A stretch of 64,000 nucleotides of DNA from Hypanus sabinus (GCF_030144855.1 NW_026779784.1:372001-436000), one strand, 5' to 3'; numbered from the stretch's first letter, positions 25,081-37,954 are shown. Numbers and translations: made by a program. Notes: generated by a model from the letters alone, not told the origin.

Positions 25081-26577
25081 GGACATCTGTCTGGGGGTGA
25101 GAGACCAAAGCGGCCACGTGATCCCGTTTCCTGTTCACGTTTCTCTGCAGATCTGCAGCATCTGCGGGTCACTGCTCTACCTATACGTGGAGCTTTATCT
25201 TTCCCCGTTCAGACAAGGCAGTGAGATCCGGATCTGTCACGTCCTCTCGTTGTGGTGGACAGTATGCTTTTTTCTGCAATATTTTCAGCATGTTTCATTC
25301 CACTGTTTTTACCTGCTGAAGTGCTGCCGATGTTTCTGGGTGTCTGACCCACTTATGTGAGAATTTAGCTTTTTATAATTATCTGAGCTTCTCATAAATG
25401 TGTGCAGTTCAGTTAAGCTTCACTCCACTACTTCCAAAGCAACAACCCAGTCAGTCAAATAGTTCCACACAATTAAAATAGTTTATTACATCTTTTTTTC
25501 ATTTTGTACTATTTATATAATTTAACAATGTGATAGTTATATTCTTATATTAAATCACAATTGTTAAAATCTATGGTCAAAAATTAGGTTCTACTTCTGA
25601 ACGAATTTCATGACATATGCCGGTGCTTTTAAACTTGATTCTGATATTGATATGGGAGACCCACCACCAGTCACCTGATCCCACTTACCGCAGATCGTAA
25701 TGAGAGATTAAAGCCTTTTCTATTTATTTGCGTTCCTCAGAAAGACAACAGTTCAGTTTCCTTCTGTGGTTCCAGAGCAGAAGCTCAGTCTGTCTAATAT
25801 TTGCACACAATTAAAATGGGGAATTTGTTTATTATCATCATGTACTGAACGACAGTGAAAATCTTCCCTGACGTACCATCCACACAGATCGATACATTAC
25901 AACGGTACATCGAGCTGATATACGATAAAACAATAACTGTAACAAACATTATGGCTGCAGAGAAAGTGCAGTGCAGATAGACATATGGTGCAGGGTCACT
26001 TCCAGTTACATTGTGAGGTCGAGTCCATTTTATCATTCATTTGGCTTATAACTGCAGACAGGAAGCCGTCCTTGAGCCGGGTGGTTCGCTTTAAGGCTTT
26101 TGTATCTCTTCCCCGATGGGGGAGCGGGTTTGCAGGAAGAATGTCCAGGTTATGAGGTTCTTTGTGTACAAGGCCTGCTTTTCTGAGGGAGAGGAAGTGT
26201 ACGGAGAGTCCATGGAGGGGAAGCTTGTTTCTCTGATGTTCTCTGCTCTCCAAAGTTCTCTGCAGTTCCTTGCAGTCATGGGCAGAGCAGTAGCCATACA
26301 AAGGCGTGAAGTATCGACAAGAAGCTCAGAGACCTAGGCCTTCACCCTGCCTTGTGTAGCTGGATCGTGGACTTCCTGTCAGATCGCCGGCAGGTGGTAA
26401 GAGTGGGCTCCATCTCCTGTCTCTCTGACCCTCAGGACACATAACCCACAGGGCTGTCTCTTTGGCGCCCTCCTTTACTCTCTGTGCACCCATGACTTGT
26501 GTTGCCACCCACACCTTCAACCTGCTAATGAAATTGGCTGACAGCACTACATTGATTGGCCTAACCTCAAATAATAA

Positions 26578-29500
26578 CTTTCAATCGATCAAATGCCTCC
26601 CGACAAGGTTCGGTCCAAACATACTTTTCACGCTTCTTCAGGAGATTGGTCAGAGAAAGAGCGATAGCAGCAAAGTTCTTACGAAAATATCCATCCATTC
26701 CCAGAAACCTTCTAAGAGCCTTCTTATCAGTCAGAATAGGAACTTGAGAAATTGCCTGGACTTTTGCCCGAACAGGAGCCAACTTGCTTTGACCAACAAC
26801 ATAGCCAAGACAGGTCACAGTGGCATGGCCAAATTCACTCTTAGCTAACTGTAAGGTCGTCCTGAGAAAGCCTGTCAAACGGCTTCTCTGCTGCAGAGAT
26901 ATGCTCTTCCCAAGTGTCACTCCCTGTGGCTAAGTCATCAATAAAGGCATCTGTGTGTTCTAACCCTGGAATTACAGAATCAATCATTCTCTGGAATGAT
27001 CCTGGACCATTTTTTCTTCCAAAAGAGAAAACATTGTGTTCATACAACCCAGAAGGTGTCACAAATGCAGAAATTTCTCTACCTCTGTCCGTCAATGGAT
27101 CACACCAATACCCTTTCAACAGATCAATCTTTGTAAGAAATTTAGCTTTTCCAGACTTATTGATGCAATCATCCTCCCTAGGGATAAGAGAGGATTCTGT
27201 TTTTGTTACTGCATTTACCTTCCCATAATCAGTGCAAAATCTAACACCACCATCAGGTTAAGGCACAATAACGCAGGGTGAGCTCCAATCTGATGCCAAA
27301 GGACTAATAATACCATTTTCATCATATATTCAATTCCTTGCTCAGCCAATTTACACTTTTCGACGTTCATGCAATATGGGTGTTGTTTAATCGGTTTGGC
27401 TTGACCAATATCTACATCATGTACTGCGACTGTGGTTTGCTTGGGAACATCGTGAAATAAATCTTTAAACATCAGGATTACTTCCTTCAACTGTTGTTGT
27501 TGCTTTGGCTGCAGATGAGCCAACTTGTTATCAATGTTTTCTGGAACAACCGAGTTCATTAGCCTAACTGGGACCATGTTTGGCTTGTGAAAATTCTCAG
27601 ACGAGTCGATTGTTTCATTCTCAATATGTTTTGACAACAACACTCACAGACGGTGCCTGCTTGTCAAAATACGGCTTTATTATATTTATGTGTACCACCT
27701 GTGTTAGTTTACGTTGGTCGGGTGTTTTAATAGCATTATTCAGATCATTAATTTGAGAGACTATTTCAAGCACCTTATCTCCCACCTGGTATTTTCTTTC
27801 TCAAGCCCACTTATCAAACCAACACTTCATTTTGTTTTGAGAGATCTTTAAGTTTTGTCTCACTAGACTACAGACTTGGTGTAGTTTATTCTTGAACTTC
27901 TAAACAGAGTCTAACAAGTTAACATGTACATCCCCATCAATCCACTGTTCCTTTAACAAGGACAAAGTTCCCCTCACTATAAATTTTAAAAAGGGTTCAC
28001 CGAATGCAGTTATAGGGCAGAGTGGGGCCACTGGGGTGACCTGATTCGGTTTACCCACAACTTGACAAGTGTGACAGCTTCTGCAAAAGGTCACAACATC
28101 TTTCCTCAAATTAGGCCAGTAGAATTATTACATAACTGTTTACAGTTTTATTCACTCCAAAATGTCGACCTAATGGCATACTGTGGGCCAAAGTTAAAAT
28201 TTCAGCCATATAACTTTAGGAACTACAACTTGGTGAACAATTTCCCATTCCTCACTCGCTGGTATAGCAGGTGGCCTCCACTTCCTCATTGACACTTCAT
28301 CATGAGATAATACCCTACTGGCACATTCTTAATCTCATCATCTGAGAGGGCTGTTTCTTTTAAAGCTTCAATCTCAGGGTCTCGGTTCTGTTCTGCTATA
28401 AACTCCTTCCTAGACAGGGATAAATCTTTCTCATCAGACTTACGACTGAATCCTGTTGAAACAATGAAGGCAGAAATTCCCTGACAAGTCATCATAACCT
28501 GAATCCCGATTTTGGCTATCATGGGTATCAGAATCATGCTGCACAGATTCGTCTGCGTCGGCATACTTTTAGCCATACTTTGAGTTCCTGCGCAGGAAGG
28601 ATAAATGTTAAAATCCATCTGTGGGTCGTCAGCGGTTGTCTTAGTTGTCAACAGCGCTGCAGGAACAATTTTAGGTCATTCCCTAACAGCAAACTAACAT
28701 CTTCCAATGGTAAAATGGAGTATAATCCAATTTTAACAGGTCCCAAAAGCAACCCTGACAGTAAATTTACCTTGTACAATGGCACAGAAAACATGCTACC
28801 CCCAAAGCCTTTAATAAGATTTACTTCATCAGTGTTCGTCTCATCACCAAACTTTAGAATGCTGTCTAATATAAGTGACTGAGAATCCCCAGTAACTCGA
28901 AGAATTTTTGGTAGTTGGGTTGACCCTTCCTTTACTAATACAAACCCATTTGACATAAAATGATCAAAAGCCTTCTTAATTCAGTCAGAGTTCTCAGTCC
29001 ATAACTGAGCCTCAACAGAATGTTCAGAACCCTGTGGGTTTATAGGTGCGTCAACAAACTGAACACCGGCATTTGGGACTGGCTTCTTTTCATTTTTCTT
29101 ATTCAGGATAGAACAATTAGCCATCACATGACCAGCTTTCTTACAATAGTAACGAGCAAGACCAGAATATTTCTCTTTCAACTGCTTCCCTTCATCCTTA
29201 CTCTTGTCACTAGTCCCAGCTGTAATTTCTGGTTTACCCTGGTGATCTCTGGCACTCTTTTGGAAGCTCTTATTTGGGATAATCTTAACCTTATGAGTAA
29301 AAGCAAACTCATCTGCTATTCTATCAGACTCCTGCAAATTGGCAGTATCCTTTTCATCTAAATATGTCTTTATGTCGTCAGGAGCACACCTTTTGAATTC
29401 TTCAATTAAAACTAACTCTTTCAAGCTATTAAAATCATCATATATGTGCACCAGCGATCAAAACACACAGACTTCTCATAAGCAAATTACATATGTCCGG

Positions 29501-30290
29501 TTCACAGATTTCCACAAATTTCAAAACTTTTGCCTGTATGATTCTGGGACCAACTCGTAAGCTTTGAGCACAGCCTGTTTCACTATGTCACAATCAGCTG
29601 CTTCATCAACTGTCAAAGCAGAATAGGCTTGCTGAGCCTCCCCCTTTGTAAGAGAACCAACCCTCTTTTGGCCACTTTCAATTCTAAGCAACCTTCTCAA
29701 AATGCTGTAAGTATTTATCAACCTCTTTCTGATCAAATGGAGGTACCAATTTAATTTCCTGACTAGCCTCAAACTTATCACCAGTCTAAAGCTAGACCCC
29801 TTTGCTGAAACCACTGTATCTTTTCCAGCTCGAATAGCCTCTGTCTTTCTGCTTCCTCCTTCTGTTTTTCTGCCTCCTCTCTGATTTTCTGCCTCTATAG
29901 CCTCAAACTGTCTCTGCCTTTCTGCAGCCTCCATCTTTAATTTTTCTGACTCGTACTGGAGCTCAAGTTCACGAGGTTTACTTTCAGGAAACACCTCCAA
30001 GTCCTCCACTTTAAACACACCCTCAGATACATAATGTTCAGCTGTCACCCTCTGCATCTGTGCCCTCCTCATTGTCAATTTCAACATAGCAAGTTTTAAC
30101 CTTCTAGCAAGACTCAACAACTCAATCCGTCTGGCATCCTCTAATGCCTCAGAGGTTCCCGCTTCCAAACAATAATCAGCATCCGCTGCTGATTTTCCAC
30201 ACACAAATAAATCAGAAGGGACTTCCCCAATGAAATCGATAATTAATGACTACGCCCTCATAGCTGTTCATATCCCAGATGCAGGCCCCA
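26578..30290 (-). mobile_element. Decayed Gmr1-like Gypsy internal region, copy 2 (gag-PR-partial IN-RT)
   Basis: PBS TGGGGCCTGCATCTGGGAT at 30290-30272; gag VKQAVLKAYELVPESYRQKF, LKELVLIEEFKRC, knuckle remnant YYCKKAGHVMANC; protease remnant ILRVTGDSQSLIL; IN zinc motif CRSCHTCQ; RT AFIDD. The IN core is deleted. Confidence 0.85.
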
Positions 30291-30294
30291 ATTT

Positions 30295-31347
30295 TGTTAT
30301 GAATCGTAAAGCTTTAGAAACGAATCAGCACCAATAGACTACACCTGGAACAACACACATAAAATACTGGTGGAACACAGCAGGCCAGGCAGCATCTATA
30401 AGGAGAAGCACAGTCGACGTTTCAGGCCGAGACCATTCATCAGGACTGCCTGAGACTGCCTGACGAAGGTTCGCGGCCTGAAACGTTGACAGTGCTTCTC
30501 CTTATAGATGCTGCCTGGCCTGCTGTGCTCCACCAGCATTTTGTATGTGTTTGAATTTCCAGCATCTGCAGATTTCCTCGTGGAGACTACACCAGGAGTC
30601 TGTTTTTGATCTTAAAACTATCTTTATTAGAATCTACTTATAATATAGTAACTTAAGCAAGATAAACAAAAGTTAACAGTGTTATGTGTATATATGTGTG
30701 TAAATATAAATCCAAAACTATTGAGCTAGGGGGAAACAAGGCTTGGAGTCTTCAGATGGTAAATTATGAAAGTTCAGTTCAACCACGGAATAACTGATGA
30801 GAGAGATATTTGTAATCCAGGGTAAATGTCGATAGAAGGCAATTATGTCGAATTCCGCAGGTTCCATGGTGGTAAAACAAGAGAACAGTCACTGTAGATT
30901 TTATCTGTCATCCTTCCAAATCCACATACTAATTATCACCCAAAGTGACTTGTCACAAGGCATATTGTCTTCAAGTGAATTACCACACCACACCCAGGCA
31001 AGGGGTAACACATCAGTGGTCTTCACAGGATACCCCAAATCAGATCCACTCCTATGGATCAAACGAGGTGACAACCACACATTCGATGTATGATGAATCG
31101 ATAATTAACCCACACTTGTGGGCATAGGAAAATTCCAAACAGTGACCCTTGGCACCTATTTCCCTTGTATCGATCTTTCCATTTTTCCTCCTTCATCTCC
31201 GTCTGACTCTGAGTGTCTGTGTCCTCAGTTAAAACTGAACAAGCTGTGAGTGATGTAAACAAGCTGCAAGTCAAACTGATTCACCTTCCTAATCTCTCTC
31301 TCTTAAAATGACAGTCCACAGCAAACAAAACCTAGGGATTCATAACA
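30295..31347 (-). mobile_element. 5' LTR of Gmr1-like element copy 2
   Basis: Perfect 11-bp terminal inverted repeat TGTTATGAATC...GATTCATAACA; minus-strand AATAAA at 30628-30623; PBS adjacent. Confidence 0.85.
30350..30583. mobile_element. Palindromic Penelope tail insertion with two hammerhead-ribozyme cores
   Basis: Inverted arms of ~95 bp; 14-bp TSD agactacacc(t/a)gga at 30336-30349 and 30584-30597; CTGACGA-stem-GAAAC on plus (30460-30484) and CTGATGA-stem-GAAAC on minus (~30443-30418). Confidence 0.7.
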
Positions 31348-31400
31348 ACTGACTGGTGTGCCAGTAGTTGGGATGACTGAGTGAATCCTTTCCCACATTC

Positions 31401-32708
31401 TCAGCAGGTAAATGGCTCCTCTCCAGTGTGAACTCGCTGATGTCTCTGTAGTGTGGAAGAGCGAGTGAATCTCTTCCCACATTTTGAGCAGGTGAATGGC
31501 CTCTCTCCAGTGTGAGCTCGCTGATGTTCCAGCAATCTGGATGACTCAGTGAATCTCTTCCCACAGACTAAACAGATGAACGGCTTCTCCCCAGTGTGAA
31601 CTCGCTGATGTACCAGTAGGGTGGATGAGTGACTGAATCTCTTCCCACATTCTGAGCAGGGGAATGGCTTCTCTCCAGTGTGAACTCGCTGATGATTCTG
31701 CAGGTCGGATGAGCGAGTGAATCTCTTCCCACATTCTGAGCAGAGGAACGGCTTCTCCCCAGTGTGAACTCGCTGGTGTTTCAGAAGGTTGGATGACAGA
31801 GTGAACCGTTTCCCACATTCTGTGCAATTGAACGGCTTTTCACCGGTGTGAGCTCTCTCATGTCTCAGTAGGTAGGATGACTGAGTGAATCCCTTCCCAC
31901 ATTCTGAGCAGGTGAATGGCCTCTCCCCAGTGTGAGCTCGCTGGTGTCTCTGTAGTTGGGATGATTGAGTGAATCTCTTCCCACATTCTGAGCAGATGAA
32001 CGGCTTCTCCCCAGTGTGAGCTCGCTGGTGACTCTGTAGGGTGGATAACTCAGTGAATCTCTTCCCACATTCTGAGCAGGTGAATGGCCTCTCCCCAGTG
32101 TGAGCTCGCTGGTGACTCTGTAGGTGGGATGACTGAGTGAATCCCTTCCCACAGACTGAGCAGGTGAACGGCTTCTCCCCAGTGTGAATTCGCTGATGTA
32201 CCAGTAGGGTGGATAACTCACTGAATCCTTTCCCACATTCTGAGCATGTGAATGGCTTCTCCCCAGTGTGAACTCGCTGATGTCTCAGTTGGCTGGATAA
32301 AGCACTGAATCCTTTCCCACATTCTGAGCAGGTGAATGGCTTCTCCCCAGTGTGAACTCGCTGATGTACCAGTAGGTTGGATAAATCACTGAATCCTTTC
32401 CCACATTCTGAGCAGGTGAATGGCTTCTCCCCAGTGTGAACTCGCTGATGTACCAGTAGGTTGGATGACCGAGTGAATCTCTTCCCACAGACTGAGCAGG
32501 TGAAGCGCCTCTCTCCAGTGTGAACTCGCTGGGGACTCCGTAGGTTGGATGACTGAGTGAATCTCTTCTCACATTCTGAACAGGTGAACGGCCTCTCCCC
32601 AGTGTGAACTCGCTGGGGACTCCGTAGGTTGGATGACTGAGTGAATCCCTTCCCACAGACTGAACAGGTGAATGGCTTCTCCCCAGTGTGAACTCGCTGG
32701 TGAGCCAT
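31401..32708 (-). CDS. C2H2 zinc-finger array protein, 435 aa, 15 repeats (13 intact; first two have His>Pro)
   Basis: 28-aa repeats with TGEKPF linkers and an ATG start; acceptor ttttcacag|G puts the exon start at 33113; donor exon ends at 48661; TGA interrupts a 16th finger. Confidence 0.85.
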   Translation of the reverse strand: MAHQRVHTGEKPFTCSVCGKGFTQSSNLRSPQRVHTGERPFTCSECEKRFTQSSNLRSPQRVHTGERRFTCSVCGKRFTRSSNLLVHQRVHTGEKPFTCSECGKGFSDLSNLLVHQRVHTGEKPFTCSECGKGFSALSSQLRHQRVHTGEKPFTCSECGKGFSELSTLLVHQRIHTGEKPFTCSVCGKGFTQSSHLQSHQRAHTGERPFTCSECGKRFTELSTLQSHQRAHTGEKPFICSECGKRFTQSSQLQRHQRAHTGERPFTCSECGKGFTQSSYLLRHERAHTGEKPFNCTECGKRFTLSSNLLKHQRVHTGEKPFLCSECGKRFTRSSDLQNHQRVHTGEKPFPCSECGKRFSHSSTLLVHQRVHTGEKPFICLVCGKRFTESSRLLEHQRAHTGERPFTCSKCGKRFTRSSTLQRHQRVHTGEEPFTC

Positions 32709-33607
32709 AAGGTCAAATGACTGAGTGAATCCTTTCCCAGAAATTCAGCAGATCACCAGCCTCTACCAGGTGTGGTGTGAACTGACTGGTGTGTCCACAG
32801 GTCCAACTGAATCCTTTCTCACACACAGAACAGATGAATGGCCTTGCCCAGTGTGAACTTGCTGATGTACCTTCAATTGTGATAACTGAGTGAATCTATT
32901 CCCACTGTCTGAGCGGGTGAACAGCCTTTCTCCTGTGTAAGATGACTGGCTTGCTATTTGGTCAAATGATCAATTGAATCCCTCTCCACAGTCTGAGCAG
33001 GAAGGATAGTCGATTGAATCCCTTGCTCCACTTCTTAAATATCCAGACAGAGACAGCAAAACTGGCGTTTTCTGTTTGAGATCCCCGGCGACAAATTCCT
33101 TCTCGTTTTTAACCTGTGAAAAGATTTACAAAATCCATCAATGGGTTTAGGACAACATTTCAGATGAGATTACTTGAGTTGCCATGGTTTGACTTGGTAT
33201 CACACTGTTACAGTGAGGTTCAACCCAAGTTGGACAGAGAAATCATCTTCTGACTGGGCAGAGTGCTGGTATCTGGAATGACCATCAATTCCCTGAAGCT
33301 CCTCCTGTCTCTATAAGAATGGGGCATTTCTGCCGTCTCCAATCTGTGACCTGGCTCAGTCTGACTCTCTCCGTTGGTATTATTCCCTGTTCCTGCTGAG
33401 CTGCATGGGTGCCTGGCCCCACAGTAACTGAAACAGTCTCACGCAAATTGTCTTTGTGGATGTGCATCTGGGAATTCTTTTATGTATTATTAACTTAAAG
33501 TGCTACAGCTTTAACACCATATAAAAAAATTCCTGCTGAGATGACTGGTTGGTCCGCACAGCTGGTAAAAGGGGTTAGAGTGAATTTTTGTAATATTTCA
33601 AGTTCTT

Positions 33608-34900
33608 GTAGAAAAGTACAACACAGAAACAGGTCCTTTGGGCCATCTAGTCTTGTGCTGAACTATTTAAATTGCCTCTCCCACACTCCTACAATCCAGG
33701 TACCTACACGAACTTCCTAAATGTTGAAATCGAGCTCGCGTGCACCACTTGTGCTGGCTGCTCATTCCAAACCTAGATGACAATCTGTCTGCAGAAGTTT
33801 CCCCTCATGTTCCCCTCAACATTTCACCTTTCACCCTTAACCCCTGGCCACTGGTTGAAGTCCTACCCAATCTCAGTGGAGAAAGCCAGCTTGCATTTAC
33901 ACTATCTATGCCCCTCTACCACAATCAAATTTCACCTCAATCTTCTACATTCCAAAGAATAAAGTCCTGACCTGTTCAATCTTTCCTTATAACCCAAGTC
34001 CTCCAAACTTGACAACAGCCTTGTGAATTTTCTCTGAAATCTTTGAATCTCTTTTAAATCTTTCCTGTCAGTAGGTGACCAAAACATCACACAATACTCC
34101 AAATTAGGCCTCTTTTACAAGTCAACATAATATCCATCTATTGTCAGGATTTGTTTCACGAAAGCCAATGGGCTAAAATCTTTCTTTCCGTCACTATCTA
34201 ACTGTGATACCACTTTCAGTGAATTAAGGACTTGTATTCCCAGGTCCCTTTCTTCTACAACACTCCTCCGTGCCCGACCAGTCACTGTGAAAGACCTCCC
34301 TTGGTAGGTCATACCAAAGTGCAACAGCTCACACTGGTCTGAATTAAATTCCATTTTCCATTTCTCAAACCATTTTCCCAGGGGGTCCAGATTGCACTGC
34401 AAGCCATGATAGTCTTCCTCGCTGTCCACTACACCACCAGTCTTGGTGGTCATAAATCTGCTAATCCAGTTGACCACACTATCATCCAGATTACTGATCT
34501 AGATGACAAACCACAACAGATCTAGCACTGATCCCTGTGGCAACCACTAGTCACAGGCCTCCAGTCAGAGAGGCAACCATCTGCTACCACACTCTGGCTT
34601 CTGCCAAAGACAGTGTCTCATCCAATTTACTATCTCACCTAGAATGCTGAGTGACTGAACCTTCTTGACCAACCTCCCATATGAGACTGTGTCAAGTGCC
34701 TTGCTAACGTCCATGTAGACAACATCCACTGCCTTGTCTTCAGCCACTTTTCTGATAACTTCCTCAAGAGACTCTGTAAGACTGGTTAGACATGACCTAC
34801 CATGCAAAAAGCCATGCTGTCTATCCTTAATCAGTCCACATCTAGCCAAATACTTATATTTCCGGTTCTTGCACATACGTTCCAGTAACTTTCCCACTAT
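33608..34900 (-). mobile_element. Decayed CR1 LINE (paralog of 14800-16090)
   Basis: QHGFLHGRSCLTSL..AVDVVYMDVSKALDTV..ERDLGIQV. Confidence 0.8.
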
Positions 34901-36699
34901 TCACTACTAGTCACCACTCCGTGGGTTTGGAGATTTCCCTTGAATTTCATAGAATCATGGAAATCTATAGCACATTACAGACCCTTTGGCCCACAGTGTT
35001 GTGCCGACTATGTAACTTACTCTAGAAACTGACTGGGGTTTCCCTAGCACATAGTACTCTATTTTTCTGAGCTCCATGTAACTATCTAAGAGAGTGTTAA
35101 AAGTCCCTGTTGTATCCGCCTCGACAACCGCTGCTGGCAGTGCATTCGACACATCCAACACTCTCTGTGTAAAAAACCTACCCCTGACATCCCCTCCGCA
35201 TATATTTCCAAGCACCTTAAAACTATGCCCCATCCTGTTAGCCATCTTAATGCTGGGGAAAAATCCTCTGGCTATCCACACACTCAATGCCCCTCATCAT
35301 CTTATACACCTAAAAAAGGCTCCAAACATAAACAAGGAAATTATACATTGCTCTGAGGATTTGTCAGAAGTAAACACAATTATGAGGGTATAGATAGGGT
35401 AAATGCAAGCATCTTTTTCCACTGAGGTTGGGTGGGACGAAAACCAGAGGTCATGGGTAAGTGGGGAAGGTGAAATTTAATGGGAACATGTGGAAAAGCT
35501 CTTTGCTGAAATGGTCGTGAGAGTGTGGAATGAGATGTCAGCACTAGTGGAGAATATGAGCTCGATTTCACCATTAAGAGAAGTTTGACAGGTACCTGGA
35601 TGGTAGGAGTATGGAGGGTGATGATCCCGGTGCAGGTAGTTGCATTAAAGAGATTAAATGTTTTTGGCATTGACTAGATGGGCCAAATAGCCTGTTTCTC
35701 CACTGAACTTCTCCATGTTTCTGCGACAGAGAAGCTGGCCAAACTTGTTTGGAAGAGAAAAGGTAGGAGTGACAACAGAGCAACAATGGCTGGAGTTTCT
35801 GGGAGCAATTCGAGAGCTGAGTGATCGATACATCCCGAAGACGTGGAAGCATTGGAATGGCAGCAGGGCACAACGTGGGTTAAATGAGAATCCAAAACCA
35901 ACATAAAATCAGAGGAGAGGGCAAACAAAAGAGCAAAGGACCATTAGGAAGCTTTTAGAATCCAACAGAAGACAACTAAAGGAAAGTCAGATGAGTTCGG
36001 GAGTGGAATTATGAAATGGTTGTCATTAATGAGTTTTGGTTGCACCCAACAGTCCACAGCATTTAGAGGAACGAGATATCCAGGGCCTCATTATCTCTTG
36101 AAAACCAAGATTCCCTGCACTAGTTACCATTCAACTTTTATTTTGTCAGACACATACAAACTCTACACCCTTAAAATTTCTTTCTGAAGAACTCCCACTT
36201 ACCAAGTTCTCCTTTGCTAAAAAACATCCTGTCCCAATCCACACTTGTCAAATCCTTGCAAATATCATAAAAATTGGCCTTTCTCCAATTTAGAATCTCA
36301 AGAGAGGTCCAGGCCTCTGCTTTTCTGTATTTACTTGGAATCTCATGATCAGTAGATACAAAGTGTTCCCATACACTAATTTCTGTCACTCGCCCTAGAT
36401 CACTTCCCAATAGCTTATTGCACACTTCTACATCGGGAATTTTACATACTGATTAAGGTAGATTTGATAAGCTCTACCCCATCTAGTCCTTTTACAGTCT
36501 AGGATTCCAGTCAATAAACGGAAAGTTAAAATCACTCACTTTATCAACCTTTGTTTCTTGGCATAGTCTGCAATCTCTCTACAGATTTGTTCCTTGAAAT
36601 CCCTCAGACTGTTGGGCGCAAGCAAGTCCAAGTAATGGCTACAATATCGTAATTTCATGTCCTGAGGTCTGAATGACATCTGTTTGGTGTCAAAAAAAG

Positions 36700-37333
36700 A
36701 ACCTTGCCCTCAATGTCACTGAAACAAAGGAGCTGGCTGCAGACTACAGGAGAAATGGAGACAGGCTGACCCAGGATCTGGGGTTGAGAGGGTGAACAGC
36801 TTTAAGTTCCCTGGCACACACAACACCGAGGATCTCACCGGGTCTGTACATACTGGCTGTGTGGTGAAAAAGGCACAACAGCACCACTTTCACCGCAGGC
36901 GGTTCAGGAAGTGTGGGACGGGGCCCCAAATACTAACAACTTTCCACAGGGGCACAATTGAGAGCATCCTGACTGGCTGCATCACTGCCTGGTATGGGTG
37001 CTGTACTTCACTCAGTTGCAGGACTCTGCAGAGAGTGGTGCGGACAGCCCAGCGCATATGTAGATGTGAACTTCTCACTATTTAGGACATTGGCAAAAAC
37101 AGGTGTGTAAAAAGGGCCACTGTGTAAAAAGGATCATTGGGGACCAGAGTCACCCCAACCACAAACTGTTCCAGCTGCTACCATCTGGGAAACGGTACCA
37201 CAGCCTGAAAGCCCGGATCAACAGGCCCAGGGACAGCTTCTTCCACCAGGCCCTCTGATTGATTAATTCATGCTGATACAATTGTACATTTATTTATCCT
37301 GACTGTCCTGTTGTACATACTATTTATTATAAA
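36700..37333 (+). mobile_element. Rex1/Babar-like LINE 3' portion (continues at 44488-44596)
   Basis: FKFPG..VVKKAQQ..TFHRGTIESILTGCITAWYG..LQRVVRTAQ; the 3' UTR is split by the Gypsy insertion. Confidence 0.75.
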
Positions 37334-37931
37334 TGTACAATGTCCTGGGTATGTTACTCAAAATGGCCTCTTTGGTTTGTTACAAGTAGGAATGTTTCTT
37401 TGTCGGATAAGTGTTTCTCTAGCCGTTGTTTCACTTTAGAATGGCTGATATGGTAATTGTATTCATTTGTTAATCAATGGGGAATGTCATTGTGTCTTGT
37501 GATGCTGGGAACTTGGGGGAGGGGTTTTCGCGGGTTTTTTGGGGGAGGCCGAGGAAGACATGGAAGAAGGTGGACGTGTGCTGGACTGCTCGTAAGACCA
37601 CCGGGGTGGTCCCAGGTGCGACGGCCGGATGGGTCGATTGGTTCGTTGATTGAGCTCCAACGAGTGCACTAAACAGACTGAACTTTGATAAGTGGCGCCT
37701 TTTGTTTTTTTTCCTTGTGTATATATATTGTATTGCTTACTACTCTTTTTAATTTTAGTAAACTCTTTAAAGTGTATTTCATAACGGTATTTGTTGTGGA
37801 TTTGATACTGTTGGCGGGCTCGAGGCGTAAACTTGATTCTCACAGCACCTGCGTGTACGGGAGGTGGGTTGGAGAGTGGCTGGATCCTTTTTTTCCCCTA
37901 GACATATACCAGCCTGTGGGTAAGTGTTACA
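37334..37931 (+). repeat. 5' LTR
   Basis: Direct repeat of 43890-44487 (offset 6556); ORF translations inside the two LTRs are identical; no differences seen by eye. Confidence 0.95.
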
Positions 37932-37935
37932 TTTG

Positions 37936-37954
37936 TGGGGTGCTCGTCCCGGAT
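37936..37954 (+). promoter_or_regulatory. Primer-binding site, tRNA-Pro-like
   Basis: TGGGGTGCTCGTCCCGGAT compared with the canonical Pro PBS TGGGGGCTCGTCCGGGAT; 4 nt after the LTR. Confidence 0.7.
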
